IMG/VR virus record: IMGVR_UViG_3300036778_000038
Location: 1 to 38,695 of that record
DNA: 38,695 nt
Strand: one strand, 5' to 3'
Source: a virus
Taxonomy: Duplodnaviria; Caudoviricetes
Part shown: positions 24,820 through 34,320 of the stretch, in pieces
Layout of the letters: every line of letters begins with the position of its first letter
Numbering within the stretch: the stretch's first letter is position 1
Notes under the pieces: generated by a model
Databases searched by the model: none
What the model saw: the letters and a program-made list of their open reading frames with translations, nothing else
What the model was told of the DNA's origin: nothing
Made by a program: the position numbers and the translations under genes

Positions 24820-25562
24820 GGCCGCGACCCTTTCAGGCGCCAAAAGCCGCGCGTGTTCTCGCGCCAGTAACCGCCGTAAACGTCCCGCGTCGAAAGGCGG
24901 TTATACAAGTGGTGCATGAATTGGCCGCCGCCGAGGTAAATACCCGCATGATTCGGCACGAGGTTACGCGCGCGAATCTGCATCAAAATGAGGTCACCCT
25001 CGGCGAGCACGCTTTCGTCGATACGCTCGAACCCGGCGTCGGTAAGCGCCTCGTCTGAATAAAGGTTCGACGTGTTGTCGTTCCACCATAAATCGGGGCG
25101 CATCGGATTCGGCAACGTGACGCCGCGCTCGCGCTGATAGTAGTCACGTACCAGGGTCCAACAATCGAGCAAGCCGTGCTCGAAATCGCGACCTATATAC
25201 GGCGCCTGATAGCCTGAGGGTTCGAGCGTCGACGTCCCGGTAATACGCGGCGCCTCGTCGCCGGCATCGCGTACAAGGCCGATGATGAGCCATTCGTGCC
25301 CCTCGCTTTCGCATGCGACGCGGTCGCCGTCGCTGGGCGTGGCGGCGGCGTCCGGGTGCGAATGCACGACCGTCAAAATATCGCCCAATTCCTCGGCGTC
25401 GGCGTAGTCGCTCGGGTCCATATGGAAATGTTCGGACGGACGCGCCGAAAGATTGCGGCATCGCATATATACGGGGCCATGTGGCTGATGCACGATGAGG
25501 CCGCACGATTCCAGCGGGTAGGCGTCGAGCGCGTGCGATTTGGCGTCGTCGAGGGGGTTCAT
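24816..25562 (-). CDS. tail tip protein K-like (JAB/MPN + NlpC/P60)
   Basis: YPLESCG, VHSHPD...PSDGD, DCWTLVRDYY, NHAGIYLG...HH. Confidence 0.92.
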   Translation of the reverse strand: MNPLDDAKSHALDAYPLESCGLIVHQPHGPVYMRCRNLSARPSEHFHMDPSDYADAEELGDILTVVHSHPDAAATPSDGDRVACESEGHEWLIIGLVRDAGDEAPRITGTSTLEPSGYQAPYIGRDFEHGLLDCWTLVRDYYQRERGVTLPNPMRPDLWWNDNTSNLYSDEALTDAGFERIDESVLAEGDLILMQIRARNLVPNHAGIYLGGGQFMHHLYNRLSTRDVYGGYWRENTRGFWRLKGSRP

Positions 25563-26257
25563 GTGCGGAGTAATCCAGCGGCGGGAAAACTGCCATAGGG
25601 AAGCGGGTTGTTTGTGCCGAAGCGCAATTGACACGAGGTCAGGCGCCCGGCGCATTGATCCTGGGCCGGGTCGCTGGTGGGGTTGTCGTTGAGGTCCGCC
25701 ACGGGCGGGCCGTTATAGCCACAATACGGGCCGCGATACCCGCCACGCGCCAGCCAGCCGCACGCGTTCGCGATGATTTGCCTGCCGGGCAATTGTTGCT
25801 GTCCGAAGTCGAGCGCGCTCGATAGCTCGAATTCGATAGCGCTCGACGTTTCGCTCGACCGTCGTTCAATGATCCATTTATCGGGCGGGATTTCCTGGGT
25901 CGGGTCGGCGGTCGGGTTGCCGGCTGGAAAGTTGGCCGCGTCGAGGTATTTGCCGAGCGTGCGATGTCGCGTCACGATGGCGCCGCAAAAATCCGAGAAC
26001 ATGCGGCAAAGCGCGCCGATACTGCCGTCGATGTTCGCAACGTTGAGCGTCGGCGATGGCGGTTTCGTCGGGTTAAGCTCGAACCCTTCGGCCTGTATCG
26101 GCCAGGGCGTGTAGGTGTTGCCCTGCCAGTAAATCGGGCCGACTTGCGTATAACCATGGAATCGCAACATGTCGGCGCCGAGCAACGTCGCATCGAGATC
26201 GAAAAGCTCGACGAGCGCGCCCGGTTCGAGGTGTTGAATATCGGCGAAAATGGTCAC
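25559..26257 (-). CDS. minor tail protein L-like (Fe-S Cys motif)
   Basis: LPGRQIIANAC...YRGPYCGY...DQCAGRLTSCQLRFG. Confidence 0.93.
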   Translation of the reverse strand: MTIFADIQHLEPGALVELFDLDATLLGADMLRFHGYTQVGPIYWQGNTYTPWPIQAEGFELNPTKPPSPTLNVANIDGSIGALCRMFSDFCGAIVTRHRTLGKYLDAANFPAGNPTADPTQEIPPDKWIIERRSSETSSAIEFELSSALDFGQQQLPGRQIIANACGWLARGGYRGPYCGYNGPPVADLNDNPTSDPAQDQCAGRLTSCQLRFGTNNPLPYGSFPAAGLLRT

Positions 26258-26595
26258 GGCGCAAAGACCTCCTGAAAGGTCGCGCCCACGGTGTAGACGT
26301 CCGCGCCGTTCGCTTGAACGGTGTAGGTTTGGCAGTTATACAACCCTTGCACGGCGCCCGGGCCGGGTGGCGTCCAATAGAACGACACCGCGCCCGCGTG
26401 CGCATCCAAGAATGCGCAAATCGGCGCCATCTTGACCGACGAGCCACGGAACACGAGCGGCCAGTTATGCACGATGTTATGAATACCGTCGGCGACGGTT
26501 TGCAGGTAGCCGTCGCCGAATTGCGCGGTACGCACGCGAAAGTTTGTCGTGCCGGTCGGGTCGGGAACGGCGCAATACGCGAAGGTATCAGGCAT
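26254..26595 (-). CDS. distal tail protein (lambda gpM-like)
   Basis: RTAQFGDGYLQ...FLDAHAGAVSFYWTPP...ATFQEVF. Confidence 0.92.
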   Translation of the reverse strand: MPDTFAYCAVPDPTGTTNFRVRTAQFGDGYLQTVADGIHNIVHNWPLVFRGSSVKMAPICAFLDAHAGAVSFYWTPPGPGAVQGLYNCQTYTVQANGADVYTVGATFQEVFAP

Positions 26596-29083
26596 GAGAC
26601 TGCCGCCATAGAATGCCGCCGGGGCGTTGCTCGCTCGTGATGACCTCGCGCGTTTTCGTCGCGATCATATTGCCGAGCGTGCGCATTTGGTCGTCGCTGC
26701 CAGCCGCGCTCGTCGAGCTGTTGCCGCTGTTATCGACGTTGACGGACACGTTAACGTTGTTCGTATTGCTGCCGCTGCCCGAGGCCATGACGCCGAGTTT
26801 GCCTTGCGAGTTACGGGTTAGCGGCATCACGCCCTCATAGCCAGCCTCGCCGAGTACGGCGCCGCCTGAGGCGAATTTGAAAAATTGCGGCGAGTTGTAG
26901 ACGCCGCCCGATAGCGAGGAAATGCCGCCGCGACTCGGGAACACGCCGCCATCGGCGACGCCGCCCCAACCCTGGAACAGACTGCTAAGCATGCCGCCCA
27001 TGCCACTGCCCGACGCATCGCCCGTTGTGCTGCCGCCACCAAAGAATGCCGACAAGATTTTCGACATGGCGATGCGCGTTTCCATCTTGGCAAGGTCGGT
27101 AAGTACCGACGTCGCGAAGTCTTTAAAGTGGCCCGTGCCGGTCGTGAGCATGTTCGCGAATGCGTCGGTAAAACTACTAAACGCGTCTTGCATCACGGTC
27201 GCCGTTTGGCTGGCGACGTCTTTCGCTTGATCCATAAAGTTTTTGTATGCGCGCGACGCGCCGTTAAGCCAATCGGTTTGCGCGGCGGTAATCTTGTCGT
27301 TCGCGTCGGTCGTAGCCTGTACGCGCTCGGTTTCGAGTTTCCTCAACGCATCGATGCGGCGTTGATACTCGTCCTCGCTGATCGTTCCCTTGTCGCGCAA
27401 TTTTTGCTGCGCATCGATGGCGGCGGTCGTGTCCTTGGTAATTTGCAACATGTCTTGTGCTTGCTTGATTTCCTTATCCGACATGCCGACCGCCTGCACC
27501 TGCAAGTCGAGCGCGGCCTTGTCGTTGTCGAGCTTGTCTTGTTGCTGTTTGACGTAGTCATCAAACTGCCGGTTTTGCGCGTCGGTCGCTTTCTGAGCGG
27601 TGAGCGCGATTTGTTCAAGCCCGGATTTCATCATCGTTTGAACCTTGTCGACCGATACGCCCGCCGTGATGGCAGCGGCGCCGAGCGCGTCGAGCTGGCG
27701 AATGCTGGCCGCTTGCTGGTCTTGTATGGCGTCGCCGCTTTCGAGGTTTTTTGCATAAAAGCCGTCGAGTGATTTTTGCAGCGCATCGAGCGCCGCTTGC
27801 GCTTTATCGATAGCGCCTTGATCGACGGGCGGCGGCAGTTGCTTTTTACCGGGTCGCGCTAGGTCATCCATCGGCGGCGCGGGCGGGTATAAAATCGCCT
27901 CGCGTGCGGCGGCGCCGTCCTTTGCAATTTGGTCGAGTTTCTTTTGATGATCGGCGGCGGCTTTCTCGCGTTGCGCGTTGTACGCGTCGCTGAGGTTTGT
28001 TGCGACCTTGATCGAACCGGCGTAATCAGTAAGCCCTTGTTGCAAGGCATCGCCGGTTCCCCATGGCAACGCACCGGCCTGTTTCGCCAAGCCCTCAACC
28101 ATGCTTTGCCATAAGCCTTTTACATAGTTCACGCCGACGTCCCACATGTGCATAAACTTGTCGACGTCTTCCTGCCATGTATAAACGATGTCCTCGCCGA
28201 TCTTGTCGAGGAACGTCATAAACTCCGACCATGCGGCGCTAAGGTTACGAATGTCGTGTTCGGTGTTGTAAACCCATTCGTCGATATACGCGGTAACGTC
28301 GTCTTTCCATTGTTTAAAATCGTCCGATTTCAACGCGGTTTCGACCGAACGACCCATGTCGTTGAGCGCGGGAAGCAATGACGACAAGATGGAATTTCCC
28401 ACGCCCTCGGCGGCGAGTTTCATGTTTGCCAAGTGGTCGTTAAAGTCGCTCGCTTGTTTGACGAGGTCGCCCGACATCGTCGCGCCGAGGTCGGCGGCGT
28501 TTTTCTGCGCTTCCTGCAATGCCTCGCCGCCCTGATTCAAAAGCGGAATCATTGCCGCGCCCGCTTTACCGAATAGCGCTTGTGCCTCGGCGGTCTTGGC
28601 GGCGCCGTCCGCGTATTGCGACATCTTGTCGGCGATTTGCACCAGCAACTGATCGGGCGAAAGCTTGCGCAATTGGTCGACGCTGATGCCGATACGCTGG
28701 AATGCTGCCGCCGCGCCCTTGTTGCCCGCTTCGGCTTCGTCGGCGTTCTTGTTGAGCTTGGTAAGCGATGAGGCAAACGTGTCGGTATCGACGCCCGCTT
28801 TATCAGCGGCTTGCGCGTAGGCGCTGAGCGTTTCGACGCCGACGCCGGTTTTTTGGGAAAGCTTGCCCATCTGGTCGGCGGCGTCGATAAGCTTGGTTCC
28901 CCACGAAATCACAGCGCCGGCACTGAACGCGACGCCTATCGCCGCGCCTGCCGTCGTTGCGAGGTCTATCATTTTCTTAAACGAACTTTCTACAATCGAG
29001 ACGGCCTTGCCCATGTCCGACTGTAAGGTCGCGTATTTGGCAATGAGGTCGATAGAAACCGAACCGACACTGTTACTTGCCAT
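26588..29083 (-). CDS. tape measure protein (lambda-family C-terminus)
   Basis: 831 aa, Ala/Gln-rich helical; WLNGASRAY...FKDFATSVLTDL and GEAGYEGVMPLTR...GKLGV. Confidence 0.93.
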   Translation of the reverse strand: MASNSVGSVSIDLIAKYATLQSDMGKAVSIVESSFKKMIDLATTAGAAIGVAFSAGAVISWGTKLIDAADQMGKLSQKTGVGVETLSAYAQAADKAGVDTDTFASSLTKLNKNADEAEAGNKGAAAAFQRIGISVDQLRKLSPDQLLVQIADKMSQYADGAAKTAEAQALFGKAGAAMIPLLNQGGEALQEAQKNAADLGATMSGDLVKQASDFNDHLANMKLAAEGVGNSILSSLLPALNDMGRSVETALKSDDFKQWKDDVTAYIDEWVYNTEHDIRNLSAAWSEFMTFLDKIGEDIVYTWQEDVDKFMHMWDVGVNYVKGLWQSMVEGLAKQAGALPWGTGDALQQGLTDYAGSIKVATNLSDAYNAQREKAAADHQKKLDQIAKDGAAAREAILYPPAPPMDDLARPGKKQLPPPVDQGAIDKAQAALDALQKSLDGFYAKNLESGDAIQDQQAASIRQLDALGAAAITAGVSVDKVQTMMKSGLEQIALTAQKATDAQNRQFDDYVKQQQDKLDNDKAALDLQVQAVGMSDKEIKQAQDMLQITKDTTAAIDAQQKLRDKGTISEDEYQRRIDALRKLETERVQATTDANDKITAAQTDWLNGASRAYKNFMDQAKDVASQTATVMQDAFSSFTDAFANMLTTGTGHFKDFATSVLTDLAKMETRIAMSKILSAFFGGGSTTGDASGSGMGGMLSSLFQGWGGVADGGVFPSRGGISSLSGGVYNSPQFFKFASGGAVLGEAGYEGVMPLTRNSQGKLGVMASGSGSNTNNVNVSVNVDNSGNSSTSAAGSDDQMRTLGNMIATKTREVITSEQRPGGILWRQSHA

Positions 29084-29086
29084 GGC

Positions 29087-29320
29087 TTAGCCCTTTCGTT
29101 CGCGCGCCGCTTTGATGCGGGCGACAAGGTCGGGTGTGATGGGTTGATTCGCCTCGAAATCGGGCGGTTGTGCTTCGACGACGGGATAAAGGCGCGCAAA
29201 CGCGATCCACGATAAAAACTCCCTATGGGTCATGCGGCGACGCAATTCGTTCACGGGCGCGTGTAGGCGTAACGCCAGCACATGCCAAAACCACGCGAAC
29301 GCGTCGCCCTTTAGTTTCCC
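29087..29320 (-). CDS. tail chaperone GT-like frameshift extension
   Basis: Open -1 frame from the slippery site: KLKGDAFAWFWHVLALRLHAPVNELRRRMTHREFLSWIAF. Confidence 0.75.
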   Translation of the reverse strand, partial: GKLKGDAFAWFWHVLALRLHAPVNELRRRMTHREFLSWIAFARLYPVVEAQPPDFEANQPITPDLVARIKAARERKG

Positions 29321-29667
29321 TCGGCGTTCTCGATAGCCTTGTCGGTGTCGTCGGTCATCTGGTGGACATCGAGCACGGCACGCACGAGCGCCGCCACCAA
29401 CGGCGCCCGCATGGCTTTCGCCTCGTCGAGCGTGATCGGCGTGCCATCCTCACGACGCACGCATTTCGCGATGACGCGGGCGTTAAACGCCTGCATCAAT
29501 TTCGCGTCGCGGTTGCCGTTTGCGTCCTGGGTGCGAAAGGTCGGTATGTAATCGGCGTCGGAAACTTCCGTCACGAGATAGGTGCGCTTTACGCCCTTAA
29601 TCGTGATATCGGTCGGGTAGGCGGTCGGCGCTTCAAAATCAGTTTGTTCGGTCATTGTGTCCACCAT
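29311..29667 (-). CDS. tail assembly chaperone (gpG-like)
   Basis: Between tail tube and tape measure, ends ...AEGN at the slippery site; alternative start 29655. Confidence 0.8.
   Translation of the reverse strand: MVDTMTEQTDFEAPTAYPTDITIKGVKRTYLVTEVSDADYIPTFRTQDANGNRDAKLMQAFNARVIAKCVRREDGTPITLDEAKAMRAPLVAALVRAVLDVHQMTDDTDKAIENAEGN
29314..29320 (-). other. programmed -1 ribosomal frameshift site G GGA AAC
   Basis: X XXY YYZ heptamer immediately before the chaperone TAA; analogous to lambda G/T GGGAAAG. Confidence 0.8.
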
Positions 29668-29671
29668 GATT

Positions 29672-29743
29672 TAAAAGGCGCCGCGACCGCGCCACGCTCG
29701 CCCCACGGTGGCAAGACGATGAACGCGTGACGGGTCGCGACAC
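29672..29743 (-). terminator. long hairpin after the tail tube gene (terminator or processing site)
   Basis: gtgtcgcgacc-cgtcacgc ... gcgtggcg-cggtcgcggcgc followed by ctttt. Confidence 0.45.
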
Positions 29744-29771
29744 AAACGAACCCCCATCGTGTAGGCCACTG

Positions 29772-30275
29772 CTATAGGACGACCCTTTGCGGCGCCGCTG
29801 CGTCGGCGAGGCTCGCCGGCTTCGGCGTAAAAATGAGGTCGGTCGCTGGCTGAATCACAAGGTTATATCGAACGATATTGTTGCCGGCGATTTCGGGCGA
29901 TACGCTCGCGACGTAGCCGGTAAATGTGTACGAGCTGCGGTCAGTCGGCGGCGTGAATTCGCCCGCCGTTAGCGTCGGTTCGGCGACGCCGTCGCTTAGC
30001 GCGATGCACCATGGAACAATCGCACGCGATAAGCCCAGCCCGTTCAAAATCGGATAAACCGGGTCGTCGCTTTCGACTGCGCCCGACACGGTGCATTGCG
30101 CCAGGGTTTTAAGCCCGGGCATTTGGGTGCGTACTTGATCGGCTAGACAGGTGATATCGATGAGGTCGGCGGCGCTTGCTCCGGTGCTGATGCTGAGCGC
30201 GCAACCGATTTCCTCGACGCTCGTCGTACCGTCGCCGAAATAGATTTGTGTGCCTTGAGTCGGAATCTTTGCCAT
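29772..30275 (-). CDS. major tail (tube) protein
   Basis: MAKIPTQGTQIYF, IDITCL...MPGLKT, WCIALSDGVAEPT, FTGYVA; GGGAG RBS before ATG 30275. Confidence 0.85.
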   Translation of the reverse strand: MAKIPTQGTQIYFGDGTTSVEEIGCALSISTGASAADLIDITCLADQVRTQMPGLKTLAQCTVSGAVESDDPVYPILNGLGLSRAIVPWCIALSDGVAEPTLTAGEFTPPTDRSSYTFTGYVASVSPEIAGNNIVRYNLVIQPATDLIFTPKPASLADAAAPQRVVL

Positions 30276-30321
30276 GTTCGCGGGCTCCCGCTTACGTGCC
30301 GAAGGCGCTCGGCGAGGTCGA

Positions 30322-30347
30322 AAAAAAACCGCCTTGCGGCGGTTAGG
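30322..30347 (-). terminator. terminator-like hairpin, identical to 36375-36400
   Basis: cctaaccgcc-gcaa-ggcggttttttt. Confidence 0.65.
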
Positions 30348-30363
30348 TTGTGATCGCTGGCCG

Positions 30364-30762
30364 TTAAAGCGGTGGCCCGCCGCGTTGCGTGTACACGCCC
30401 CAATCGAATGACACGAGATAGGCGCGTGTTTCGATGTCGAACATTTCGGTAAAGCCTGAGGCGAGGTAACCCCACGGCTCGCCGTTGCGGTAGTGGTCGA
30501 ACGCGTCACGCATGGCGCCGGCCAGTGCGACGGCGTCGTCGCGCTCGGTCGCCCAACAATCGAACGCGTACCGGTCATAATCGGCGCCGCCGAGATGCGC
30601 CAGCGGCATAAGCGGCGTTTTGTCCGTCTGTCCATAAACGATATACGGGCGCGGCGTGTCATGCGGCGCCACGCTGGGATAAACCGCAAGCTCGCCGCCC
30701 GGTAGCGTGACCATGGCGACCAAGGGCGGCCAACTGGCGACGACATCAAGGATCGGCGTCAT
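30364..30762 (-). CDS. tail terminator / DUF3168-like protein
   Basis: VYPSVAPHDTPRPYIVY...FDCWA...AMRDAF...YLVSFD; position before the tail tube. Confidence 0.8.
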   Translation of the reverse strand: MTPILDVVASWPPLVAMVTLPGGELAVYPSVAPHDTPRPYIVYGQTDKTPLMPLAHLGGADYDRYAFDCWATERDDAVALAGAMRDAFDHYRNGEPWGYLASGFTEMFDIETRAYLVSFDWGVYTQRGGPPL

Positions 30763-31331
30763 ACGTAACCGCCCGGCGTTTGCGCCAGCTTACGCACGGT
30801 CGCGTCGAGTTCGGGCGCTAATGTGTCGGTGAATAGCGTCACGGCCGATTCCTTTTCGCTTTCGTAAACATGCGTAAAGAACCGCTGAGCCTTTTGACCT
30901 GGGCGCCCGAGCCCGGTTGTATTCGTGCCGAATTCGACGAACTTCACGTAATAGCCGGCGCCCTCGATGCGGTATTTTTTGCCGACGCGCTTTTTTCGCC
31001 GGTTGCTTGTCGTGTTCGCATACGTGCGTGTAAGGCGACGCGTCCCGATGTAGTAGACCTCCGACATCGGGTTTTCGGGGCGACGATCACGAAAGACGCC
31101 GATGCTTTTTTTCAACAAGCCCGGCACGCTTACGTCATTCGGGCCAAACCGATTGCCTTTCCAGACGGGCGCCGCGTTTTGCACGTCGTCGCGCATTTTC
31201 TTCGCGGGGGCGAATAGCGCTTTACGAATCGGGCCGCGTGCGAGCGCGGTCGGCAAGGCGTATAGGCGCGCGATGACGTCGTCGAGCCCGACGAGCTGGA
31301 TTTCGACGGAAAGCGGTTGACTATCGGCCAT
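30759..31331 (-). CDS. HK97 gp10-family tail-component protein
   Basis: GLDDVIARL...AAPV...GLLKKSI...YVKFVEFGT...AQRF. Confidence 0.85.
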   Translation of the reverse strand: MADSQPLSVEIQLVGLDDVIARLYALPTALARGPIRKALFAPAKKMRDDVQNAAPVWKGNRFGPNDVSVPGLLKKSIGVFRDRRPENPMSEVYYIGTRRLTRTYANTTSNRRKKRVGKKYRIEGAGYYVKFVEFGTNTTGLGRPGQKAQRFFTHVYESEKESAVTLFTDTLAPELDATVRKLAQTPGGYV

Positions 31332-31668
31332 CGTTCACGCCCTCGCTACACGGCAAGGTCAGATATTCAATCCCGCTTTTCACGTCGCCGAGCACGCCTT
31401 CAATTTGGTACGTGTGATTTCCTTGCACGTCGACGAGGCGCATGTCGCTCGTGACGTCGGGTCGATATCGAATCGTGATGCGCGTCGTTATCTTTGAATC
31501 GACTTGCTGCCCGACGAGGTATTCGCGCGCACTGAGCGGCGCGACCTCGGCGGGGATTTCGTCGACCGTCTGCCATGACGTAATCACAGCGCCGGTTATC
31601 GGCGATTTGGTTAACGTCTTGCTTTGCAGCGTCAAGCGATGACGCAAACGGGCCGATAGGATCGTCAT
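31321..31668 (-). CDS. head closure / head-tail adaptor (SPP1 gp16-like)
   Basis: LRHRLTLQ...AEVAPLSAREY...TRITIRYRPDVTSDMRL...YQIEGV. Confidence 0.9.
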   Translation of the reverse strand: MTILSARLRHRLTLQSKTLTKSPITGAVITSWQTVDEIPAEVAPLSAREYLVGQQVDSKITTRITIRYRPDVTSDMRLVDVQGNHTYQIEGVLGDVKSGIEYLTLPCSEGVNDGR

Positions 31669-32003
31669 CACGCGAGCGCCGGGTCGCGGTAGCGGTGCAA
31701 AATATCCGTCACGCTCGGCGGCAAGTAGCCGAGCGCGGTTTGTTCCATCGGCGGGCGCGTCGCGTCGGGGTTAAGTCCGCCGCTGCGATCCTCGTACAGC
31801 CATCCGAGCGTGAGTAACACGGCGGCTTGAATCACGGGCGGCGCGCTCGTCGAATCCCATGCATCGGACCCGGTCGGAAACTTGATGTAATCGAGCACGA
31901 CCGCCGACGCTTGCGTGATCTTGGCGGCGATGTCGTTTTCCTCGGCGTCGTAATAGTTGCGCAAGTGGTCGCGCGCCGCTTCCATCGTGACGAGGTCGTT
32001 CAT
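31668..32003 (-). CDS. head-tail connector (HK97 gp6-like)
   Basis: [12 protein letters not shown]...ASAVVLDYI...[19 protein letters not shown]...LHRYRDP. Confidence 0.9.
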   Translation of the reverse strand: MNDLVTMEAARDHLRNYYDAEENDIAAKITQASAVVLDYIKFPTGSDAWDSTSAPPVIQAAVLLTLGWLYEDRSGGLNPDATRPPMEQTALGYLPPSVTDILHRYRDPALA

Positions 32004-34111
32004 GTCTCGTTCCCGCCTTCGATCAATAGGCGCCCGTCGCGCCCGGGCTTGCCGTCCTTACCGTCACGACCGACCGCGCCCGTCGCGCCCATGGCGCCGC
32101 GTTTGACGGCGAGCTGCCAGCCGCTTTCGGCATGCCCGGGTGTGCCGCGCGTGTCGGCGTTCGCGTGCCACACGCCGCCGTCACGCGTGACCATATCGCC
32201 GCGCATGTAATCGCCCGACTGCCATACGCCCATGTAAAGCGGGACGGGGAACGCCAGCCGACAAAACGATGTCTCGCCCTCGGCATTCGTAAACCCGAAT
32301 TCGACGGTTCGGCCGTCGTCGCCGAGTTCGGCGCGCAAGTCTTTCGCGGTAATCCCGGGCGGGCCTTGCTCGCCTCGAACGCCGCGCTCGCCGGGGTCGC
32401 CCTGGCGCCCACGCGTGCCGCGTTGCCCGGGGGCGCCTGCCGCGCCCGGCTGGCCGTCGCGACCGTCCCGCCCTGGCAACCCCTCGGCGCCGGGCTCGCC
32501 CGGCTCGCCTTGCGCGCCCTGTACGCCCTGGGGGCCGCGTTCGCCCTTCAGCTCGGCGCGCATGGCGTGAAGCCATTCGCCGACGGCTTCCCGAACGATG
32601 GCGCGCACGTTTTGCGCGGTGGCCGCCTCCTCGACGAGCTGCAAGCGCGTCACGAGCGCCACGAGCTGCCGGGCGCTGGGGTCGTCCGGGGGTGGCTCGC
32701 CGTCGGCGCCAGCGGGCGCGGGTGGCGTTGCGGGCGGCGTTCCTGGCGCGGGGGTCGCGGGCGGCGGCGTGCTGCCCGGGGGTGGACGTTCGGCAAGCGA
32801 TGCCAGGGACCAATTTTGTTGCTGCATATACGGCGTATCGCCGCCGTCGACGGGCTCCATGTTTTCGAGCTGGCGCGCCTCGTTCGGCGCCATCCAACCG
32901 CCCGCGATAGCGTCCGAATGCGACTTGTACCGGGTCGCCGTGTCCATACGTAGCAACGACGTGAGGTCAAGCTCGACGGCCGTGTTCAAATCGAGCCCGA
33001 GCCCGTCGTCGACGACTTGCTCCCAAGCCTCGATAAGCGTTTGCAAACAATCCGTGTAATAGATTTGATTGAGGATTTCGCCGTTTTGGTAGGTCGGCAT
33101 CGGGCCGGCGCCGACCTTGAACGTCGGCACATGAAAGACCGAACAAATCGTTTCGGCCGTCCATTTGAGCTGTTCGATCAATTGCGAGTCGACGGCGGTC
33201 ATCGTCATCGGCTCGAACTTCAGGCCGTCGCCGAGCACGGCAACCGATCCTGATTTGTCGCCGGTAAAGTTCGCCGTCCAATAGTCTTTAAGCCGGGTTG
33301 CGGTGTCGTCGCCGATGGCGCCGGGCGCGGTCAATATGCCCGACGGTCGGGCGGCGTTCGCGAAAAAGCGGTTTGCATTCCCGCCCATGGTCAACCCGCC
33401 GAGCGCGGGCAAGCCTGCCGCGTACAACGGCGACAAGCCGATGAGCGGGTGATAAAGACAGTTGAAACGGTCGTGCATCATTTCCGACGCCGGCACGACC
33501 CATGCGCCGTCGACCGACGTTTCGAGCCCTTGGAACATGGGCGGGTAAATGTCCGGGTCGAACGTCGGCACGCCCGTTAGGTTGAGCCAACGGCTCGCGC
33601 GCAACTGGTAAAAGATTTCGCCATTCGGCGCAATGAGCGGCGTCACGGCGCACGGGTCGAGAATGTAAATCCCGTTGACGACACCGCGCGCATCGCGCTG
33701 CAAAAGGCCGTAAGTATTGCCGCGTGAAAGCTTCGATAGCATCCACGTTTCTTTAAACTGCATGTGATTCTGGTACGGGTTCGGCTGGCGTAACACCGGG
33801 CTATAAGCCGGGTTTACGATTTCCTCCCATATGTCGTCATCACGCGACGTCAATTTCGGACGTAGCTTGGCGATGTCGCCCGCGATCAATGTCACGCATG
33901 CGAAAACCGTCGGGTTCGATAACAACGTTTCGGGGATGATTTCCTGATTGCGCTGCCATGCGCCCGTATTCGGTTCGCGAATGACGAACGGCCAACCCCA
34001 ACCACTACCGCCCGCGCGACCACTGTTCACGGGCGCGAGGTTCGTCGGTGGCTTGTCGGTCGCGGCGCGCGTGAAGGGATTGCGCACGGTAAGGCCGAAT
34101 AGCGAGGCCAT
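32000..34111 (-). CDS. HK97-family portal protein fused to Pro-rich linker, collagen-like and CBM-like domains
   Basis: Portal motifs [45 protein letters not shown]; then 22 Gly-X-Y triplets and YMGVW...GDMVT...W...PG...W. Confidence 0.9.
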   Translation of the reverse strand: MASLFGLTVRNPFTRAATDKPPTNLAPVNSGRAGGSGWGWPFVIREPNTGAWQRNQEIIPETLLSNPTVFACVTLIAGDIAKLRPKLTSRDDDIWEEIVNPAYSPVLRQPNPYQNHMQFKETWMLSKLSRGNTYGLLQRDARGVVNGIYILDPCAVTPLIAPNGEIFYQLRASRWLNLTGVPTFDPDIYPPMFQGLETSVDGAWVVPASEMMHDRFNCLYHPLIGLSPLYAAGLPALGGLTMGGNANRFFANAARPSGILTAPGAIGDDTATRLKDYWTANFTGDKSGSVAVLGDGLKFEPMTMTAVDSQLIEQLKWTAETICSVFHVPTFKVGAGPMPTYQNGEILNQIYYTDCLQTLIEAWEQVVDDGLGLDLNTAVELDLTSLLRMDTATRYKSHSDAIAGGWMAPNEARQLENMEPVDGGDTPYMQQQNWSLASLAERPPPGSTPPPATPAPGTPPATPPAPAGADGEPPPDDPSARQLVALVTRLQLVEEAATAQNVRAIVREAVGEWLHAMRAELKGERGPQGVQGAQGEPGEPGAEGLPGRDGRDGQPGAAGAPGQRGTRGRQGDPGERGVRGEQGPPGITAKDLRAELGDDGRTVEFGFTNAEGETSFCRLAFPVPLYMGVWQSGDYMRGDMVTRDGGVWHANADTRGTPGHAESGWQLAVKRGAMGATGAVGRDGKDGKPGRDGRLLIEGGNET
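32348..32545 (-). repeat. collagen-like (Gly-X-Y)22 coding repeat; a second (Gly-X-Y)8 run lies at 32027-32098
   Basis: [66 protein letters not shown]. Confidence 0.9.
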
Positions 34112-34114
34112 GGC

Positions 34115-34258
34115 CTAGACCTCGGGCCGCATGACGCGCGTTTTGTAAATACGCCGCTTTTTGCGCTTGTCCTTTTCCGTTAGCGCGCGATTCTTCACGG
34201 GGGTTTGTGCGGGCGTCACGGGCGGCGGCGTGCGATGACTGGGTTTTTTGTTGGCCAC
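34115..34258 (-). CDS. 47-aa basic protein between capsid and portal
   Basis: GGAGGT RBS, GTG start, MANKKPSHRTPPPV...KRKKRRIYKTRVMRPEV; below the ORF-track cutoff. Confidence 0.7.
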   Translation of the reverse strand: MANKKPSHRTPPPVTPAQTPVKNRALTEKDKRKKRRIYKTRVMRPEV

Positions 34259-34270
34259 GGGGTCACCTCC

Positions 34271-34304
34271 AAAGAAAGAAACCCGGCGCCCTGCGGCGCC
34301 GGGT
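34271..34304 (-). terminator. intrinsic terminator after the major capsid gene
   Basis: acccggcgcc-gcag-ggcgccgggt-ttctttcttt on the minus strand. Confidence 0.75.
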
Positions 34305-34320
34305 GGCGTGACGACGTGAC

